64,000 nt of DNA, taken from Psammoneis japonica. Lineage: Eukaryota. The translations under genes were made by a program, and so were the position numbers. The stretch lies in NCBI GenBank assembly GCA_008632985.1, contig QPGO01000109.1:1-64000 (forward strand), written 5' to 3'. Within the stretch, counting starts at the first letter, position 1; every line of letters begins with the position of its first letter. The notes beneath the pieces are model-generated. The model saw nothing but the letters and a program-made list of their open reading frames with translations, ran no database searches and was not told the origin of the DNA. Shown one piece after another: positions 61,048 through 64,000 of the stretch.

Positions 61048-63948
61048 TCACGAGAATGTCAACAAAAGTGGCAATGCATAAAGCATGCCCAGCAATGACA
61101 ACATCTGCCTCCTTGACTGCTGTCTCTTTGGGCAATCCTTAGAATGCGCTGGTCGACCTCTTGGTCGGCACCCCGTCACACTGTGGCTTTGCTGCAGCTT
61201 GCATTGTAGGAAGACAGGACAACAGTGTGGATCAATGTCTTGCTTCCTCTGATCCCATATCAGATCATTAAGATTTGAAAGAGCCGGTTGCACTTGATGT
61301 GGAACAGATGGGAGGGATGCGCTCATGCTCAATGCAATGGCAACTTGTTGTGACAGGGCGCTTCTCACGGCTTGCAACATGTTGAACTGCTCCTCGACTC
61401 GAACGTGAGCCGCGTTAAGCAATGGTGTGTCATTCACACACACAGATTCAACCCCCACCTGAGGAGCCGCCACAATTTCCACAAAACCACTAGCCGGTCG
61501 AACGCTTGCCACTGCTGTAGTTTCTCCATCGTTGCCGTTTCCAACAACTGATCTTGTTGTTCGCTTGCATGGATTTGTCACTGGCTTTGTCCCACAGATG
61601 TTGCACATGCATCGATCCGTCTCCGGGTGTGGAGTAATTGTTTCATTTCTAGCATTCTGCTCCCGCAGGTGCTTGGACAGAAAACGCTCGCCGGTGTCCG
61701 CCTCGAGTTCCCTCACATCTGGACAGGGCGCTTTCTTCCCCTTCTTTGTTGCTAGCTTGTTGATTTCGATTAGATTGAGCACGTTCCGATGAGTGACCAC
61801 ACCCCAAAAATCGCATGGAATCTTTGCTCGAGTCTCTGGATTCATTCGTTCAACGCGTTCCTTTTCTTCAATTGCAGCGTTGTAGAGAACCAAACCTTCC
61901 AGAGTGATCAAATCCATCAATGAATCTTGCATCCCACAGTTCCCATGATGAGCCAGCGAATCATGAGCCTTTTCCAACTTTGACTCCGGCCCGAGCAATG
62001 TCCGCCACTTCACCAGCTTCGCTCTTGAATGGAGCGATGGAGCCACTGGCCAGTGCTGCTCTGACTTTGGCACTGGAACGTCCAATCCCTTGGATGTTTC
62101 TCTTCCATTTGCCACGGCATCCTTTGCATCACTTGTAAAGAGTGTCAAACCACTGTTTGGATCAAGACGTCCCCCAGCGGGTCGCGATCCATCAGAAGCC
62201 GTACACTTGTGTCGGGCGTGCCAATCGTCAAGCAAGCTGATTCTCTTTTCCAGCGGATGCCTCCAAATGCGCATGTGTTCTGAGCAGTGCTTCCACCTGG
62301 AAGAATGGATGATCTCATCCATTTCTGCATCCGTGTGCTTTTTGCCATTGAGAGTTCCATCCTTGAGGGCTTGCATCACTGCTTGGCGGTCCGACCACTC
62401 GGTGCATGAAACTGTAGCTCGAAGGTCCCGAACTGCTTGATGACAGTCGACGTGGTCTTTTCGAAGTGTCTGTACAATACGGTGCATCCAGTGAAAGAGA
62501 CCCAAACGGCATGCTGTGTAACCTCCAAATAACACCTTCCATGACGATGACTCATTCGGCCAAGTGTCGCTGCAATGGATTTTTGGACGCACGTTCTTTC
62601 GCCTCGCGAACTGCTCGGCTGCGTGAGCAAAATCTTTTGCTTCCAACGTCGGTGTCAGACAAGCAACTCCAACCTGTCCCTTTTCGTTGCACACAGCAAA
62701 CAGTCCTGCCGCCGCTCCACCACCTTTCTTTGCACAATTCTTGAGAATTTGAAAAGTGTGGTCAGAAGCCACGCTCATTGATGCTCCCACCATCTGGATC
62801 AATCTTGCACATCTGGAGTGTGATGACGCATCAAGAGCTGTCAATTCCGATGCGCCAGATTCATCATAAAGATCAAGAATCGCAGAACCTGATGGACTGT
62901 AGCTGCCAATCCACTCGTAGAAAGATGTCCAGTCACCTGATTCATCGTTGGCTCGTTGACAATGCTCTTTCTGGAGATCCTCGAAATAGGCAGCTCGCAT
63001 CTGGTGTAGCGTGTGAGAAAACTTATCGCCGTTTGTGTGCGTGACAAGAAAGGATTCAAATGGCCTTGTGGTTTCCCTTGTAAGGTGCCATTTGTTGGTT
63101 GCGCTGGCATGCTTTGGCTCAGTTGGATGCGATGATTGAAGGCTTTTTGGTAACTTGTGTAGCAGTCGACCGTCGTTGCCCTTGCATCGCGTCTTGCATT
63201 TGTTGCACTCACACCACATTGACACTGCCACATGAGTCTCACCGCTGATGCAACACATTGGCGTCGCCCCACCGTATCGAGTAAAGTCCATACGGTCATG
63301 AATCATCTCCCCGTCACACTCTCCGTCAATGCAGGAAATGTAGATGTTAGGACAATTCAGCTCCCAACAAACGATGCACATTGTCACACCCTGCAGCTGG
63401 TGGCAGCAACAATCAGGCGGTGAAGTGCAGTCATCCTTGGGAACTTGAAACAACATTGTGCCAGGCGGAAAGGTGCCATCCTTGACCTCCAGAATCTCTT
63501 TGAGCTCAGTGCTTTTTGCTGTGGCAACAGGATACGTGTTGCTGCCCTGATCAAATCTGGGCTTGACAGAATCCAACAGACAACTGATGAGAGCACTCAC
63601 TGCAGCCGGGCACTTTGTCTTCTCCTCCGAGTTCTCATGCTTTTTCACTCGTGCTCGAATCTCTTTTTTCAACGTCTCAACCGAGAATTTTGTATTCCTT
63701 GCGGCATCAAAAAGATTCGGGTTGCTTGCGACGGCAGAACTGGACGCTCCCAGATTCACGGGCTTGCAAAAGTTTGAATCACCGGGAGGAGGCAATGGAG
63801 CTCGACTGTTTGATTCTTTAATTTCAAAATGGTCTTCCATGGTAGAAACTCCTTTCTGTGGGGCGGCTGGGATCGTATTGTTCTTTTCATGGAGCTCTTT
63901 TTCCCGTCGCTCTGCATCTTTCGCAGCCGCGGTGACATTGATTTGCAT
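61048..63948 (-). CDS. Zisupton/KDZ-like transposase with Cys-rich N-terminal region, partly mutated
   Basis: 966-aa ORF; 'WCECNKC', 'VASDHTFQILKN', 'FAVCNEKGQV', 'KIHCSDTWPN', 'RLGLFHWMHRI' parallel Zisupton D.T.K / NE.GQV / Y.D / LD..H..RR motifs (from memory). Confidence 0.65.
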   Translation of the reverse strand: MQINVTAAAKDAERREKELHEKNNTIPAAPQKGVSTMEDHFEIKESNSRAPLPPPGDSNFCKPVNLGASSSAVASNPNLFDAARNTKFSVETLKKEIRARVKKHENSEEKTKCPAAVSALISCLLDSVKPRFDQGSNTYPVATAKSTELKEILEVKDGTFPPGTMLFQVPKDDCTSPPDCCCHQLQGVTMCIVCWELNCPNIYISCIDGECDGEMIHDRMDFTRYGGATPMCCISGETHVAVSMWCECNKCKTRCKGNDGRLLHKLPKSLQSSHPTEPKHASATNKWHLTRETTRPFESFLVTHTNGDKFSHTLHQMRAAYFEDLQKEHCQRANDESGDWTSFYEWIGSYSPSGSAILDLYDESGASELTALDASSHSRCARLIQMVGASMSVASDHTFQILKNCAKKGGGAAAGLFAVCNEKGQVGVACLTPTLEAKDFAHAAEQFARRKNVRPKIHCSDTWPNESSSWKVLFGGYTACRLGLFHWMHRIVQTLRKDHVDCHQAVRDLRATVSCTEWSDRQAVMQALKDGTLNGKKHTDAEMDEIIHSSRWKHCSEHMRIWRHPLEKRISLLDDWHARHKCTASDGSRPAGGRLDPNSGLTLFTSDAKDAVANGRETSKGLDVPVPKSEQHWPVAPSLHSRAKLVKWRTLLGPESKLEKAHDSLAHHGNCGMQDSLMDLITLEGLVLYNAAIEEKERVERMNPETRAKIPCDFWGVVTHRNVLNLIEINKLATKKGKKAPCPDVRELEADTGERFLSKHLREQNARNETITPHPETDRCMCNICGTKPVTNPCKRTTRSVVGNGNDGETTAVASVRPASGFVEIVAAPQVGVESVCVNDTPLLNAAHVRVEEQFNMLQAVRSALSQQVAIALSMSASLPSVPHQVQPALSNLNDLIWDQRKQDIDPHCCPVFLQCKLQQSHSVTGCRPRGRPAHSKDCPKRQQSRRQMLSLLGMLYALPLLLTFS

Positions 63949-64000
63949 GCATCGTTTCGAAAACTTGCACGTGGGATCGTGACCATGATGGCATGTAGGC

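Noticed and set aside
1..64000. tRNA or rRNA genes
   Set aside because: None recognised by eye; a covariance-model search is needed to exclude them.

Overview
Eukaryotic, most likely diatom/stramenopile, DNA (inferred from CoDi-type Copia elements and ASAFAP-like presequences). Bases 1 to ~48.6 kb are nested repeats: two Ty1/Copia elements (one with both LTRs), non-LTR fragments, a MITE family with GAC...GTC ends and 4-bp TSDs, satellites and a ~5.4-6.6 kb segmental duplication. The rest holds host genes (alpha/beta hydrolase, a broken ICMT/PEMT-family methyltransferase, xylose isomerase, TraB-family protein) between more transposons, including a Zisupton/KDZ-like transposase. The main signal: TpA is nearly absent from repeat DNA but normal in host genes. 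Conserved Tyr codons read Cys (TGY) or His (CAY), LTR and MITE copies differ by reciprocal TG/CA swaps, and a telomere-type array reads CCCCAA/CCCTGA instead of CCCTAA. This suggests a repeat-targeted, double-stranded, post-integration TpA->TpG/CpA (A:T->G:C) hypermutation, opposite in direction to fungal RIP, overlaid on CpG decay. Counts are by eye; enzyme, species and novelty cannot be established here, and a basecalling artefact must be excluded.
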